Assembly: GCA_963790475.1 (NCBI GenBank)
Contig: CAWBOS010000012.1
Coordinates: 704,001-768,000, forward strand
Reading direction: 5' to 3'
DNA from: an uncultured delta proteobacterium
GTDB lineage: Bacteria > Desulfobacterota > RBG-13-43-22
Length of the DNA: 64,000 nt
A program made the position numbers and the translations under genes. Below are positions 29,475-39,736 of this stretch, piece by piece. The notes under the pieces were generated by a model. The model worked only from the letters and a program-made list of their open reading frames with translations, was not told the origin of the DNA and did no database searches. The number at the start of each line of letters is the position of its first letter. Within the stretch, counting starts at the first letter, position 1.

Positions 29475-30812
29475 ATGAAAGGAACTTTTAAAGTAAAGTA
29501 TTTTGGGTTGATCGTATTGGTGATTGCTTTCTTCTTTTTGATGGATAATCGTCAAAAAGATACCAATGCCGCCGATGTCGAGAAGACCTTTTCAAAGATC
29601 AAGGTTTTCAGTGAGGCCTTGACTGAAATCCAGAAAAAATATGTAGAAGAAAAAGACTCCAAGGAACTGATTTATGGGGCTATCCGGGGGATGATGAATA
29701 CCCTGGATCCCCATTCCAGTTTTCTCACTCCCGAAGAATTCAAAGAATTGGAAATCGAAACCTCCGGAATATTCAGCGGAATAGGAATAGAAATAACCTT
29801 AAAAGATGGTATATTGACCGTAGTTTCCCCGATCGAAGGGTCCCCGGCCGATAAAGCCGGGCTGTCCCCGGGAGACAAAATCCTCCAGATTGACGAAAAG
29901 AGCACTAAGAGTATGAATTTGAATGACGCCGTCCGATTGATTCGCGGGCAAAAAGGGACCAAGGTCATCTTGCTGATTTTCCACGAAGGGGCCAAAGAGC
30001 CCCAAAAATATACCATTGTTCGGGAAGTCATCCCGATCAAGAGCGTCAAATCAAAAATGCTTGAGGAGGGTTACGGTTATGTGAGGGTCAGCACCTTCCA
30101 GGATAAAACCACTGATGATTTTCTGATTGCCCTTAAAAAATTGGAAGCGACCGGTAAGGGAGGATTGAAAGGTCTGGTTCTTGACCTTCGAAATGATCCC
30201 GGAGGATTACTTAATGAAGCGGTCAAGGTTGCCGATGTCTTTTTGGAATCGGGGGTAATCGTCTCCATCCAGGGGCGAAACAAGGAACAGAATCAGAAGT
30301 TTCTGGCTCATCCCAACAAAGAACTGCGTAACTACCCTCTGGTGGTCCTGGTTAACGAGGGTAGTGCCAGCGCCTCGGAAATCGTAGCCGGTGCCCTGCA
30401 GGATCAAAAAAGGGCCATTATTTTAGGCACCCAAACTTTTGGAAAAGGATCCGTTCAGACTATTATTCCTTTGGAGGATAATTCGGGGATTAAACTGACT
30501 ACTGCGCGTTATTATACCCCCAGCGGTCGCTCCATTCAGGCCAAAGGAATTACGCCCGATATCCTGATTAAGGGAAAACCGTTAAGAAGGGGGGAACCCT
30601 TGGAAAAGGAACCCCGGGCCCTTCGCGAAAAAGACCTGGAAAGACATATGGAGGATGAAAAGAATGGGAAGGAGCCCGCTCCTGAAATCCCTCAAGTCGA
30701 AGTGAAAAAACCCACTGGTGAGAATGGGGATGATCCCCAATTAGCCAGTGCGCTGCAGCTTTTAAAAAGTTGGGGTTCGTTTTCCCAGGTTTTTAAGAAT
30801 GTGACCCCTTAA
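29475..30812 (+). CDS. ctpA: Carboxy-terminal processing protease (S41, PDZ)
   Basis: LDPHS, GIGIE, DLRNDPGG, SASASEIVAGALQD, TFGKGSVQ. Confidence 0.92.
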   Translation: MKGTFKVKYFGLIVLVIAFFFLMDNRQKDTNAADVEKTFSKIKVFSEALTEIQKKYVEEKDSKELIYGAIRGMMNTLDPHSSFLTPEEFKELEIETSGIFSGIGIEITLKDGILTVVSPIEGSPADKAGLSPGDKILQIDEKSTKSMNLNDAVRLIRGQKGTKVILLIFHEGAKEPQKYTIVREVIPIKSVKSKMLEEGYGYVRVSTFQDKTTDDFLIALKKLEATGKGGLKGLVLDLRNDPGGLLNEAVKVADVFLESGVIVSIQGRNKEQNQKFLAHPNKELRNYPLVVLVNEGSASASEIVAGALQDQKRAIILGTQTFGKGSVQTIIPLEDNSGIKLTTARYYTPSGRSIQAKGITPDILIKGKPLRRGEPLEKEPRALREKDLERHMEDEKNGKEPAPEIPQVEVKKPTGENGDDPQLASALQLLKSWGSFSQVFKNVTP

Positions 30813-30879
30813 GGTTTTCGGTGTCCGGACGACGTTCCCTGAACCATGCCCCTCGCCGAAGGAGGGGGGAGGGCATGGG

Positions 30880-31728
30880 ATGGTTATTTGGATCTGGGTG
30901 GTGGGTCTGACCCTGGCCGTGGGAACAGGATATATCTGGTCGTCCTGGAGACCGGGAAAAAGGCCATCGATTCCAAACATTCCCCTTTTTGAAGAAAGAA
31001 ATCACAAAGGAATAAGTCCTCCAAACAAATCGGAACCCTATACGGGGCAATCCTATCCGCAGGTGAATGGGCTTCCACTGGTGGCTATTGTCATAGATGA
31101 CCTGGGTTACCAAAAGGAGTTGGCCATGGATTTTATCGAAATAAGCGCCCCCCTGACCTTATCTTTTTTGCCCCAAGCTCCTTTTGCCGAGGAATTAGTC
31201 CGTCAGGCCGATCAAAAAGGTAAAGAAACTCTGCTGCACCTGCCCATGGAACCCAAGGCGTTTCCCCAAGTCAATCCCGGACCAAAGGCGCTATTGACCA
31301 GTATGTCCGATGAGGAAATCCGGAACATTTTGGAAAGCGATCTTGAGCTCTTTCCACAGGTAGCCGGAGTCAATAATCACATGGGCTCCCGTTTCACCGA
31401 GGATCGGGACAAAATGACTCTGGTATTAACAACGATAAAGAAAAAGAAACTGTTTTTTTTGGATAGTCGAACCAGCGCTTCTTCCGCCATCCTGCCCCTG
31501 GCTTCCCGGATAGGAGTCAAGGCCATACAACGAGATATTTTCCTGGATAATATTGTAGACGTAGATGCTATCCGAGGGCAATTGGAGTTATTGATTCGTT
31601 TGGCGCAGGAACGGGGTATTGCCGTGGCCTGCGGTCACCCCTATCCCCAGACCCTGCAAGTCCTTAAAGAAAAAATGCCTGAATTGCAGGATAAGGTCCA
31701 TCTGGTCCCTGTCTCAAAATTATTGTAG
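30880..31728 (+). CDS. Divergent polysaccharide deacetylase (YibQ-like)
   Basis: AIVIDDLG, LHLPMEP, NNHMGS, FLDSRT, RDIFLDN, GHP. Confidence 0.9.
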   Translation: MVIWIWVVGLTLAVGTGYIWSSWRPGKRPSIPNIPLFEERNHKGISPPNKSEPYTGQSYPQVNGLPLVAIVIDDLGYQKELAMDFIEISAPLTLSFLPQAPFAEELVRQADQKGKETLLHLPMEPKAFPQVNPGPKALLTSMSDEEIRNILESDLELFPQVAGVNNHMGSRFTEDRDKMTLVLTTIKKKKLFFLDSRTSASSAILPLASRIGVKAIQRDIFLDNIVDVDAIRGQLELLIRLAQERGIAVACGHPYPQTLQVLKEKMPELQDKVHLVPVSKLL

Positions 31729-31748
31729 GCACCAAGGAGGAAGTTCTT

Positions 31749-33116
31749 ATGGATAAAAAACTCAGGGTGGTCATTGCCGGAGGATCGGCAGCCGGTCCAA
31801 CGGCGGCCAGTACGGCCCGACGAAAAGATTCTACCGTCAGTATAACCCTGCTGGAGAAGGGGGAGTACATCTCATATGGGGCCTGAGACCTCCCCTATTA
31901 CATCGGGGATGTAATCAAGGACTCCAATGAGCTGATTGTCAGGACACCCCAAGAATTCCAAGAAAAACAACAGATAGAGATCAAGCTTAAACACCAGGTC
32001 CTGGCCATTGACCGGGAAAAAAGTCAGCTGCGGGTCCTCTCCCTGGAAACCGGAGAAGAATTCTTTCTCCCCTATGACCGGCTTGTTTTGGCCATAGGAG
32101 CCCGTTCCCGAAAACTGGGAGTTGCAGGGGAAGAATCCCAAAATATCTTCACCCTGAAGGAAATGGCGGACGGCCTTCGAATCCGAAGTTTTATAGATCA
32201 AAATAATCCCCGGAAGGCGGTGATTGTCGGGGCTGGTTATATTTCTTTAGAAGTGGCGGAGGCCTTACGGGAACGTGGGATCGAGACCACTCTCCTCTAT
32301 CGGGGGAAATTTCCTTACAGCGGGTTGGAACCGGAGCTGGGACCGATCATCGTCAAAGAATTGGAGGCCCACGGTGTGCGTTATGTCGGGGAAATCCAGC
32401 CGCGGTTTTTTGAAACCGAGGGGACTGCAGCCCGTCAACTGGTAACCGATCAGGGGGACTTTCCTGCCGATCTTTTTTTCGTCGGGGTTGGGATAGTCCC
32501 TAATATCGAGATAGCCCGGGAGGCGGGAATCATCGTTGGAAAATCCGGAGGAATTCAGGTCAACTCTCTGATGCAGACCAGTGATCCCAATATCTGGGCG
32601 GCCGGTGACTGTTGTGAGAAACTCCATTTGGTGACCGGTCAACCCCATCTGGCCCCCTTGGGAGATGTGGCCAACAAGGAGGGGAGGGTGGCTGGTGAAA
32701 ACGCCGTTGGAGGCCAGGCCGAATTTCATGGAATCGTTGGGGCGGCCTGTGTGAAGGTTTTCGACCTGGAAATCGGCATGGCCGGGATCAGTGAAGCCCA
32801 GGCTAAAAAGATAGGTTTCCCGGTTATAACTCAGGTGGTGGAAGCTTCTTCCCGGGTAGAATTTTTTCCTGGGGCCAAACCGACTTTATTGAAGATCGTA
32901 GCCGATCAGTCGTCGGGCCGCCTCCTGGGCGGCAATTGGATCGGAGGGGACGGAGAGGCCCGTAAAATAAATGTCCTGGCCGTTGCCCTCTATCAGGGAA
33001 TGACTCTGGAGGCCATCTCCCGATTAGACCTGGCTTATTCCCCTCCTTTCAGCCCGGTCTGGGATCCCTTTTTGATTGCGGCCAATCTTCTTAAAAGAAA
33101 AGTTGCTGTTAAGTAG
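31749..33116 (+). CDS. CoA-disulfide reductase / NADH oxidase family flavoprotein, predicted selenoprotein (UGA at codon 46)
   Basis: AAGGAGG RBS and ATG 31749, then IAGGSAAG...ISYGA-TGA-DLPYY, in frame with ORF 32088-33116 (GAGYI, WAAGDC, AYSPPFS). SECIS-like hairpin follows. Confidence 0.88.
31897..31915 (+). promoter_or_regulatory. Putative bacterial SECIS hairpin
   Basis: ATTACATC-GGG-GATGTAAT; loop starts 18 nt after the TGA at 31884-31886. Confidence 0.7.
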
Positions 33117-33334
33117 GGGCAAGATTCGAGAAGGTGATGGTTCTGTAACCCAAAGTTAAATGTTAGGGATTCGGAGTCGGGAGTCGTAAGATGGCAAAAT
33201 TCTACTTTCAAATCCGACCTAATTACTCCCAACTGCCAGAGCCTGTTACCTAACTTTCCCCTTTTTCTCTTTACTTTACCGGTGAGGACGCGTATATTCC
33301 GACAAAACATTACCTTATGCTATAAAAGGACCTT

Positions 33335-35182
33335 ATGAAATCAAAAGCTCCCCAGCGTATTATTTTAATAGAACCTCACTCTCCGGCCGAACATGTTTTC
33401 AGCCGGGCGCGAATCCCCCGCCTGGGGACTATCCTCCTGGGTACTATGCTTCGGAACCAGGGGTACGAGGCCCGGGTCATAATCGAAGAGACCTCAGGAG
33501 AGGTTACCGGGGAAGACTTGCGCTGGGCCGATATGGTCGGCATTTCCTCGATCACCAGTACTATACCCCGTGCCTTCTCTCTTGGGGATCAGGCCAAGGG
33601 CTTGGGAAAAAGAGTTGTCTTTGGAGGCCCCCATGTCACCTTTTTGCCGGATGAGGCCCTGCCCCATGGTGATTTCGTGGTCCGTGGGGAAGGAGAAGAA
33701 ACTCTGACTGAACTCGTGAATGTCCTTCAGGGCCAAAATTCGCTGGATGGTATTTCGGGTCTCTCTTACTGGGAAGACGGTCGAACAAAGCATAACCCCG
33801 ATCGTCCCCTCCTTCAAAACTTGAATACCTTGCCTATCCCGGATTTTTCCCTGATCAAAGGCTGGAATTCACGTCAATCGGTGGTTCCGGTGGCCACTTC
33901 CAGGGGTTGTCCCTTTGCCTGTAAATTTTGTTCAGTGGTTACCATGTTCGGCCGGGGATATCGATTCCGGTCCAATGATCTGATCATGGAAGAGGTCCGG
34001 GTTAATGCCGGACAAGCCAACCATCTTTTCTTCTGTGATGATAATTTTGCCGCCAATCCCACCAGGGCCAAGGATCTTCTTCGGCGTATGAAAGAAGATA
34101 ACTTCCGGACCGGCTGGAGCACCCAGGTTCGGGCCGAATCGGCCTTTGATACCGAATTCCTGGAACTTCTCCGCGAGACCAACTGCTGGGGGGTTTATAT
34201 CGGTTTCGAAAGCGCCAGTGATCAGGTCCTGAAGGGCTATCGAAAAAAACAGGACCAGGACGGCATGGCCCGGGCCATATCGGCCTTCCATCGTCACGGG
34301 ATTCATATCCATGGGATGTTTATGGTCGGGGCCGACGAAGACACCCCGGAAACCATCCGGGAGACGATCCGCTTTTCCATCAAAAACCGGGTGGATTCGG
34401 CTCAATTTATGATGCTGACCCCTCTTCCGGGGACCGAAACTTTTGAGGCCCTGGAGCGGGAAAACCGGCTCCTGACCCGCAACTGGGAGCTCTTTGACGG
34501 GTCGCATGTGGTTTACCGGCCCCGTCTGATGACTGAAGAAGAATTACAAAAGGCCGCTTACCAGGCCCTGATTTCTTTTTATTCCTGGAAGGCCATTTTT
34601 AAACGACTGGTCAAGATGGACATTTATTATAGTTACCTCCGGTTTTACGGAAGAAGACTTCTTAAAAGGGCCAAGGACCGAATGGATAATCATCGTCGTT
34701 GGCTGTCGGACAATTTTCTGGACCAGGTCCAGAAACAATTCGGGCCCATCTGGGAATTCCGGGGGGTTCGCAAGGTAGCCCTTATTCCGGGGAATGCTAC
34801 TGAGGCCTATCAGAAATTTATCGCCGGCTTTTTAACCCGCCTGGGGGTTGAAGTTATTCAGGGTAATGAAAGGTCGGAGTTTTTGCAGCCTTTAAAAGAA
34901 AAGGTGGATCTGGTGGTGGTGCCTTTTCTTAATTACATTCAGGAAGAAAAGAAACGTCTTTCTCCGGCCTGGGAACAGCTTATCGCCGGCATCAAAGAAA
35001 AACTTCCCGAAGGCCTGACCCCGATCAAACTGCCCATTGATCTCAGAGGAGAGTCCCTTTACCGGTCCTGTGTACGCTTCGGCCTGCTATTTTCCACCAA
35101 TACCAACAAGATTCGCCGCGCCTACCGGAAGGCCTACCAACAACTCAACCCTCTCTTGCAGCCGGAGAGGGTTCGTTCTTAA
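33335..35182 (+). CDS. B12-binding radical SAM protein with a C-terminal extension
   Basis: GGPHVT, RGEGE, TSRGCPFACKFC, DDNF, GFES, LTPLPGT. Confidence 0.9.
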   Translation: MKSKAPQRIILIEPHSPAEHVFSRARIPRLGTILLGTMLRNQGYEARVIIEETSGEVTGEDLRWADMVGISSITSTIPRAFSLGDQAKGLGKRVVFGGPHVTFLPDEALPHGDFVVRGEGEETLTELVNVLQGQNSLDGISGLSYWEDGRTKHNPDRPLLQNLNTLPIPDFSLIKGWNSRQSVVPVATSRGCPFACKFCSVVTMFGRGYRFRSNDLIMEEVRVNAGQANHLFFCDDNFAANPTRAKDLLRRMKEDNFRTGWSTQVRAESAFDTEFLELLRETNCWGVYIGFESASDQVLKGYRKKQDQDGMARAISAFHRHGIHIHGMFMVGADEDTPETIRETIRFSIKNRVDSAQFMMLTPLPGTETFEALERENRLLTRNWELFDGSHVVYRPRLMTEEELQKAAYQALISFYSWKAIFKRLVKMDIYYSYLRFYGRRLLKRAKDRMDNHRRWLSDNFLDQVQKQFGPIWEFRGVRKVALIPGNATEAYQKFIAGFLTRLGVEVIQGNERSEFLQPLKEKVDLVVVPFLNYIQEEKKRLSPAWEQLIAGIKEKLPEGLTPIKLPIDLRGESLYRSCVRFGLLFSTNTNKIRRAYRKAYQQLNPLLQPERVRS

Positions 35183-35678
35183 TATGGAAACAGATTTTAT
35201 GCTTTGGTAAAAATTGCCGTTGTCTCCTTTTGGCTGGAGATAGAGATCATGGCCTTCGCCCGATTTAAACCCTCGTAGATTTTTCTGGCCGATTATTCTT
35301 GGTCTGTTAGATGATATAGACCTTTGCCGAGGATATTCTCTTATTCATCATCAGATCATCCGACTTCTCGACCTGGAACGGAATCGAATCCATAAACAAA
35401 TTCGATTGTTCCAGCAAGCTCCTTCAACGCATTGCCGAGATCCCTTCGTACTCTTGGCTCCAGATGAAATCCATAACCGAACAACAGTCCCTGATTCTCT
35501 TTTGACTCAAAGATTATCATCGGGAAAAATTTCTTGAATAAAAAAAAAGGCAAGACTATTATATCATAGTTATAATTATAATAATTTTGTCCCAACTTTT
35601 TTAAGTGGACTCGAGGTTATCCCAGGATTTGAACAATAGGTTTTCATGAGCTGATGATTGCATTAAGGGAGGGTTTTT

Positions 35679-36497
35679 ATGAGACTGAAAGGCAAAATCG
35701 CCATTGTGACTGGCGGCGGCGGCGGGTTGGGTGAAGGGATTTGCCTCTGTTTGGCGCAGGAAGGTGCTGACGTGGTGGTCAGTGACATTGACAAGCAGCT
35801 GGCCGATGCCGTGGCTGCGAAAGTTCGGGAGAAAGGTTCCAAATCTCTGGCTATCAAGACGGACGTCAGCCGGGAAGAAGAGGTCAAAAATCTGGTGGAT
35901 CAAACAGTCAAAGAAATGGGTGATGTTGATATCCTGGTGTGCTGCGCCGGGGTCTCCGGGTTTTCAAACCGGGAAGCCACCAGCATCCTTATCGAAGAAT
36001 TGCCCGTGGAGCAATGGGAAGAGACCTTCGCCATTAATATGAGGGGGGTGTTTTTGTGCAACCGTACCGTGGCCCCTATCTTTCGAAAAAAGAATAAGGG
36101 CCGGATCGTCAACATCGCCTCAATTGCCGGAAGAAAGGGGTCTGAAATGCTCCCGGCCTATAGCGCAAGCAAGGCCGCCGTCATCTCTTTTACCCAAAGT
36201 ATGGCCCTGCAGATGGCACCGCATCACGTTAATGTGAACGCGGTCTGCCCCGGTATCATCTATACGCCCATGTGGGAAAGAGGTGCTCAGGTAATAGCCA
36301 AAGCCCATCCGATGTTCGCGGGTACCGGTATCAATCCCAAAGAGGCCCTGGATTTGATGGTCCAGACCTCGATCCCTTTTAAAACGTATCAGACTCCGGA
36401 GGATATCGGGAAGGCAGTAGTTTTTCTGGCCTCGGAGGAGGCTAAAGAAATTACCGGGCAGGCTCTGAATGTTTGCGGGGGAATGTACTTTAGTTGA
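35679..36497 (+). CDS. Short-chain dehydrogenase/reductase (acetoin/butanediol dehydrogenase-like by context)
   Basis: TGGGGGLG, NIAS, YSASK, NAVCPG. Confidence 0.88.
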   Translation: MRLKGKIAIVTGGGGGLGEGICLCLAQEGADVVVSDIDKQLADAVAAKVREKGSKSLAIKTDVSREEEVKNLVDQTVKEMGDVDILVCCAGVSGFSNREATSILIEELPVEQWEETFAINMRGVFLCNRTVAPIFRKKNKGRIVNIASIAGRKGSEMLPAYSASKAAVISFTQSMALQMAPHHVNVNAVCPGIIYTPMWERGAQVIAKAHPMFAGTGINPKEALDLMVQTSIPFKTYQTPEDIGKAVVFLASEEAKEITGQALNVCGGMYFS

Positions 36498-36515
36498 TAT
36501 GGTGATTAGCGTTAA

Positions 36516-37538
36516 ATGTTACAAAACCATAAAGGTGATTCATTGGTTAAATCCGTAGGTATCATAGCCAATCCCGCTTCTGGCCGCGACATCCGACGGT
36601 TGGTGGCTCACGGGTCGGTCTTTGATAACCAGGAGAAAATCAACATCATTCGGAGGGTTCTTTTGGCCCTGGATGAGGTTGGGATAGAGCAGGTTTTTAT
36701 GATGCCTGATTTTGCCGGTCTGGGAATCAGGGCCCTGGAAGACCTTGACTTGTCCCTCCAGGCATCAGTGCTGGATATGGAGGCCCAGGGGACCCAGAAC
36801 GATTCGTCCAGAGCGGCTGCACTTATGAAGGGGAAAGGGGTGGGCTGCCTGATCACTCTGGGGGGAGACGGCACAAATCGGGTAGTGGCCAAGGCCTGCG
36901 GCGACATCCCCCTTGTTCCCATTTCCTGTGGGACCAACAATGTATTCCCTTTCCTGGTGGAAGGCACTGTGGCCGGTCTGGCGGCGGGGTTGGTGGCCGG
37001 GGGGCAGGTAAAGATGACGGACGTCTGTTTCCGCGCGCCCATCTTGGAGATCCTGCGAAACGGGGAACCGGAGGATGTGGCGCTGGTTGATGTAGTAATT
37101 ACCGACGACCTTTTTACCGGGGTTCGTGCCGTCTGGGATGTGGATCGGGTGAAAGAAATATTTCTGGCGCGGTCCCGGCCATCGGCCATCGGATTTTCAT
37201 CCCTCGGAGGGTATGTTTGTCCCCTGCCCCTTCAGAGCGGTCTTGGCCTTCACCTGGTTCTGGGACCAGGTAAAAAGCGGGTCAAATCTCCCATCGCCCC
37301 CGGGCATATTTGTTGGGTCTCCATCGCTTCCTATCGAAAATTCGAGGGAAAAGAGGAAATACCCATTCTAGAAAGTGCGGCAATGATCGCCCTTGATGGT
37401 GAGCGGGAGATAGGCATACGGAGGGGTGAGAAATGGTCGGTGAGGATTAATTCCGTAGGCCCATGGGTGGTGGATATTGAAAAGGCGGTGGACCTCGGGT
37501 GCGGATGTGGTCTGTTTCACGAGGAAGTGAATCCATAA
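36516..37538 (+). CDS. acoX: AcoX / NAD-kinase-like acetoin catabolism protein (possible TTG start at 36543)
   Basis: GIIANPASGRDIRRLVA, LGGDGT, GTNNVFP, ALDGERE. Confidence 0.85.
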   Translation: MLQNHKGDSLVKSVGIIANPASGRDIRRLVAHGSVFDNQEKINIIRRVLLALDEVGIEQVFMMPDFAGLGIRALEDLDLSLQASVLDMEAQGTQNDSSRAAALMKGKGVGCLITLGGDGTNRVVAKACGDIPLVPISCGTNNVFPFLVEGTVAGLAAGLVAGGQVKMTDVCFRAPILEILRNGEPEDVALVDVVITDDLFTGVRAVWDVDRVKEIFLARSRPSAIGFSSLGGYVCPLPLQSGLGLHLVLGPGKKRVKSPIAPGHICWVSIASYRKFEGKEEIPILESAAMIALDGEREIGIRRGEKWSVRINSVGPWVVDIEKAVDLGCGCGLFHEEVNP

Positions 37539-37589
37539 TCAGAATTAAAAAACGTCAAAAGGTTTTTAATGAGATAAAGGAGGTATGAC

Positions 37590-38571
37590 ATGGCTCTGAC
37601 GAAGGAAAATTTAGTGACTCTTTACATCAATCTGGTGCGGACCAGGGCCTTTGACCGGGCTTTTGTCCGGAGACTGGGCGAAGGTAAGCTGCTGGGCTTT
37701 TTCCACCTGGCGGATGGCGGAGAAGCCCCTGGTGTGGGCGCCTGTAGTTTTTTGCGTCCGGATGATTATTTATGGCCCCATATCAGAGGACACGGTCTGC
37801 CCCACATGATTAGCAAGGGGGTTGACCCAAAATATTATATGGCTGAACATTGCGGCAAGGACACAGGCCTGTGCCGGGGGATGTCCACCTTTCATGGTGT
37901 AGCCCCCGAGTATGGCATTATGGGATTTGCCGGAACCATCGGTTCCGGGTTCCCGGTCACGGTGGGTTATGGCCTGGCGGCGAAAAAAAACGGCCGCGGC
38001 CAAATTGTCATGAGCTGTTTCGGTGACGGAACCTCCAACCGGGGGACCTTTCATGAATGCGCCTTAATGGTGAATAACTGGAAGCTCCCTGTTGTTTTTC
38101 TTTGCGAGAACAATGGACTGGGTATGTTTGTTCCTGTGAAAGACTCCCATCCGGTGGCGGATATCGCCTCACTGGCCCAGGGTTACGGGATGCCCGGTGT
38201 AGTGGTTGACGGGCAGGACGTCATTGCCGTGGCCGAAGCGGTTCAGGTGGCTGTGGAAAGGGCTCGCCAGGGCAAGGGAGCCTCAATGATCGAAGCTAAA
38301 TGCGAACGTTTTGGCCCACACGCCGTCGGAATCCCCGATTATAGCGGGGCGGAAGTTCGCTCGGCAGGAGGAAATCAATTATCTGCGCGAAAATCGGGAT
38401 CCGGTCAAGATCTGTCGGGTCAAGTTATTGGATCAAGCGGTGCTCACCGAAGAGGACGTGCGCCGCATCCAGGCCGAGGCGGATGCCGAGGTCGCAGCGG
38501 CGGAAAAGTTTGTTGAGGAGAGTCCGATCCCGGACCCTTCCTTATTTGAAGAATTACTCTATGCGCGCTAA
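37590..38571 (+). pseudogene. ThDP-dependent dehydrogenase E1 alpha (AcoA-like) with a +1 frameshift (possibly a sequencing error)
   Basis: FGDGTSN...CENN ThDP motif. Removing one G at 38363-38364 gives a 326-aa ORF ending RSQEEINYLRENRDPV...LYAR. Confidence 0.75.
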
Positions 38572-38582
38572 GGAGGTAAATA

Positions 38583-39548
38583 ATGGCTCAAAAATTTTAT
38601 GTTCAGGCATTGGCTGAAGCTTTGGCCGAAGAGATGCAGCAGGACGAAAAGGTCTTTGTGGTCGGCGAGAGTGTGCGCGCGGGATCTTTTGGTATTACGA
38701 GTGGACTGGTTAAGAGGTTTGGTGCCGATCGTGTGCTGGACACTCCCATTTCCGAAACAGGAGTGGCCGGGGCGGGAATCGGGGCAGCCCTTTGCGGTTA
38801 TCGCCCGGTGGTAGATTTAATGTTCGCCGATTTTATGTTTGTGGCCGGAGACGAATTATTTCTCAAAGCCCCCCAATGGCGGTTTCTCCATGGGGGCAAA
38901 GTGGACATGCCGGTGACCTTCCTGGGCGCGGTCGGCGGGGGAAATAAGCTGGCCAATGAACACTCCAAGACACCTCTTTCCCCTCTTTTACACTTTCCTG
39001 GGATTAAGGTTGTCTTTCCTTCTACGCCCTATGACGCCAAAGGTCTTTTAAAAACAGCCATACGGGACAATAATCCGGTATTTTTCTTCTGGCATAAGGC
39101 CTTGCTGATGTCTGCCGGAGAAGTCCCCGATGGCGAGTACACGATTCCTCTGGGAGTGGCCGATGTCAAGAGGGAGGGGTCAGATGTGACCCTTGTTGCA
39201 TCCGGGATGATGACCCACTATGCCTTGCAGGTTGCCGCGGAACTGGAAGGGAAGATCAGTGTCGAGGTGATTGACCCGAGATCCTTTGAACCTCTGGACC
39301 TGGCGACTATCTTGAAATCCGTGGAAAAAACCGGCCGGCTGGTCATCGCCGACGAAGATACCGAACGATGCGGGTTTGCCGCTGAGCTGGGCTTCCAGGT
39401 TATGGAAAAGGCCTTTGATTTACTGGACGCCCCGATAAAACGGGTCTGTTCCCCCAACTACCCGATTCCCGGCGGTTACATGGAGGCGTTTTATCTGCCC
39501 AACCCTGAGAAAATTTCTGCCGCCATCAAAGGGGTAGTGGGGGGATAA
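38583..39548 (+). CDS. 2-oxoacid/acetoin dehydrogenase E1 beta subunit
   Basis: DTPISE, PSTPYDAKGLL, EVIDPRS, LDAPIKRV. Confidence 0.9.
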   Translation: MAQKFYVQALAEALAEEMQQDEKVFVVGESVRAGSFGITSGLVKRFGADRVLDTPISETGVAGAGIGAALCGYRPVVDLMFADFMFVAGDELFLKAPQWRFLHGGKVDMPVTFLGAVGGGNKLANEHSKTPLSPLLHFPGIKVVFPSTPYDAKGLLKTAIRDNNPVFFFWHKALLMSAGEVPDGEYTIPLGVADVKREGSDVTLVASGMMTHYALQVAAELEGKISVEVIDPRSFEPLDLATILKSVEKTGRLVIADEDTERCGFAAELGFQVMEKAFDLLDAPIKRVCSPNYPIPGGYMEAFYLPNPEKISAAIKGVVGG

Positions 39549-39573
39549 ACAAACGAATTAGAAACAGGGTTAA

Positions 39574-39704
39574 GCGCAAAGCGCAAGGCGCACGGTTCAG
39601 GGTGCATGGTGTAGGGTTTAAGGTCGAAGGTTTAGGGTAATAAAACTTTATACCTTATACTCTAGATCCTAGACTTGATATCGTACCCCTTTGACCTTTT
39701 ACCG
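39574..39704. repeat. Degenerate heptamer tandem array followed by a roughly complementary array
   Basis: gcgcaaa gcgcaag gcgcacg gttcagg gtgcatg gtgtagg gtttaag gtcgaag gtttagg ... ctttata ccttata ctctaga tcctaga cttgata. Confidence 0.65.
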
Positions 39705-39736
39705 GTTATTAGTTTGACAAGGAGATATATAGAGAA

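Noticed and set aside
38341-38380. Programmed ribosomal frameshift in E1 alpha
   Set aside because: No slippery sequence; a single extra G explains it.
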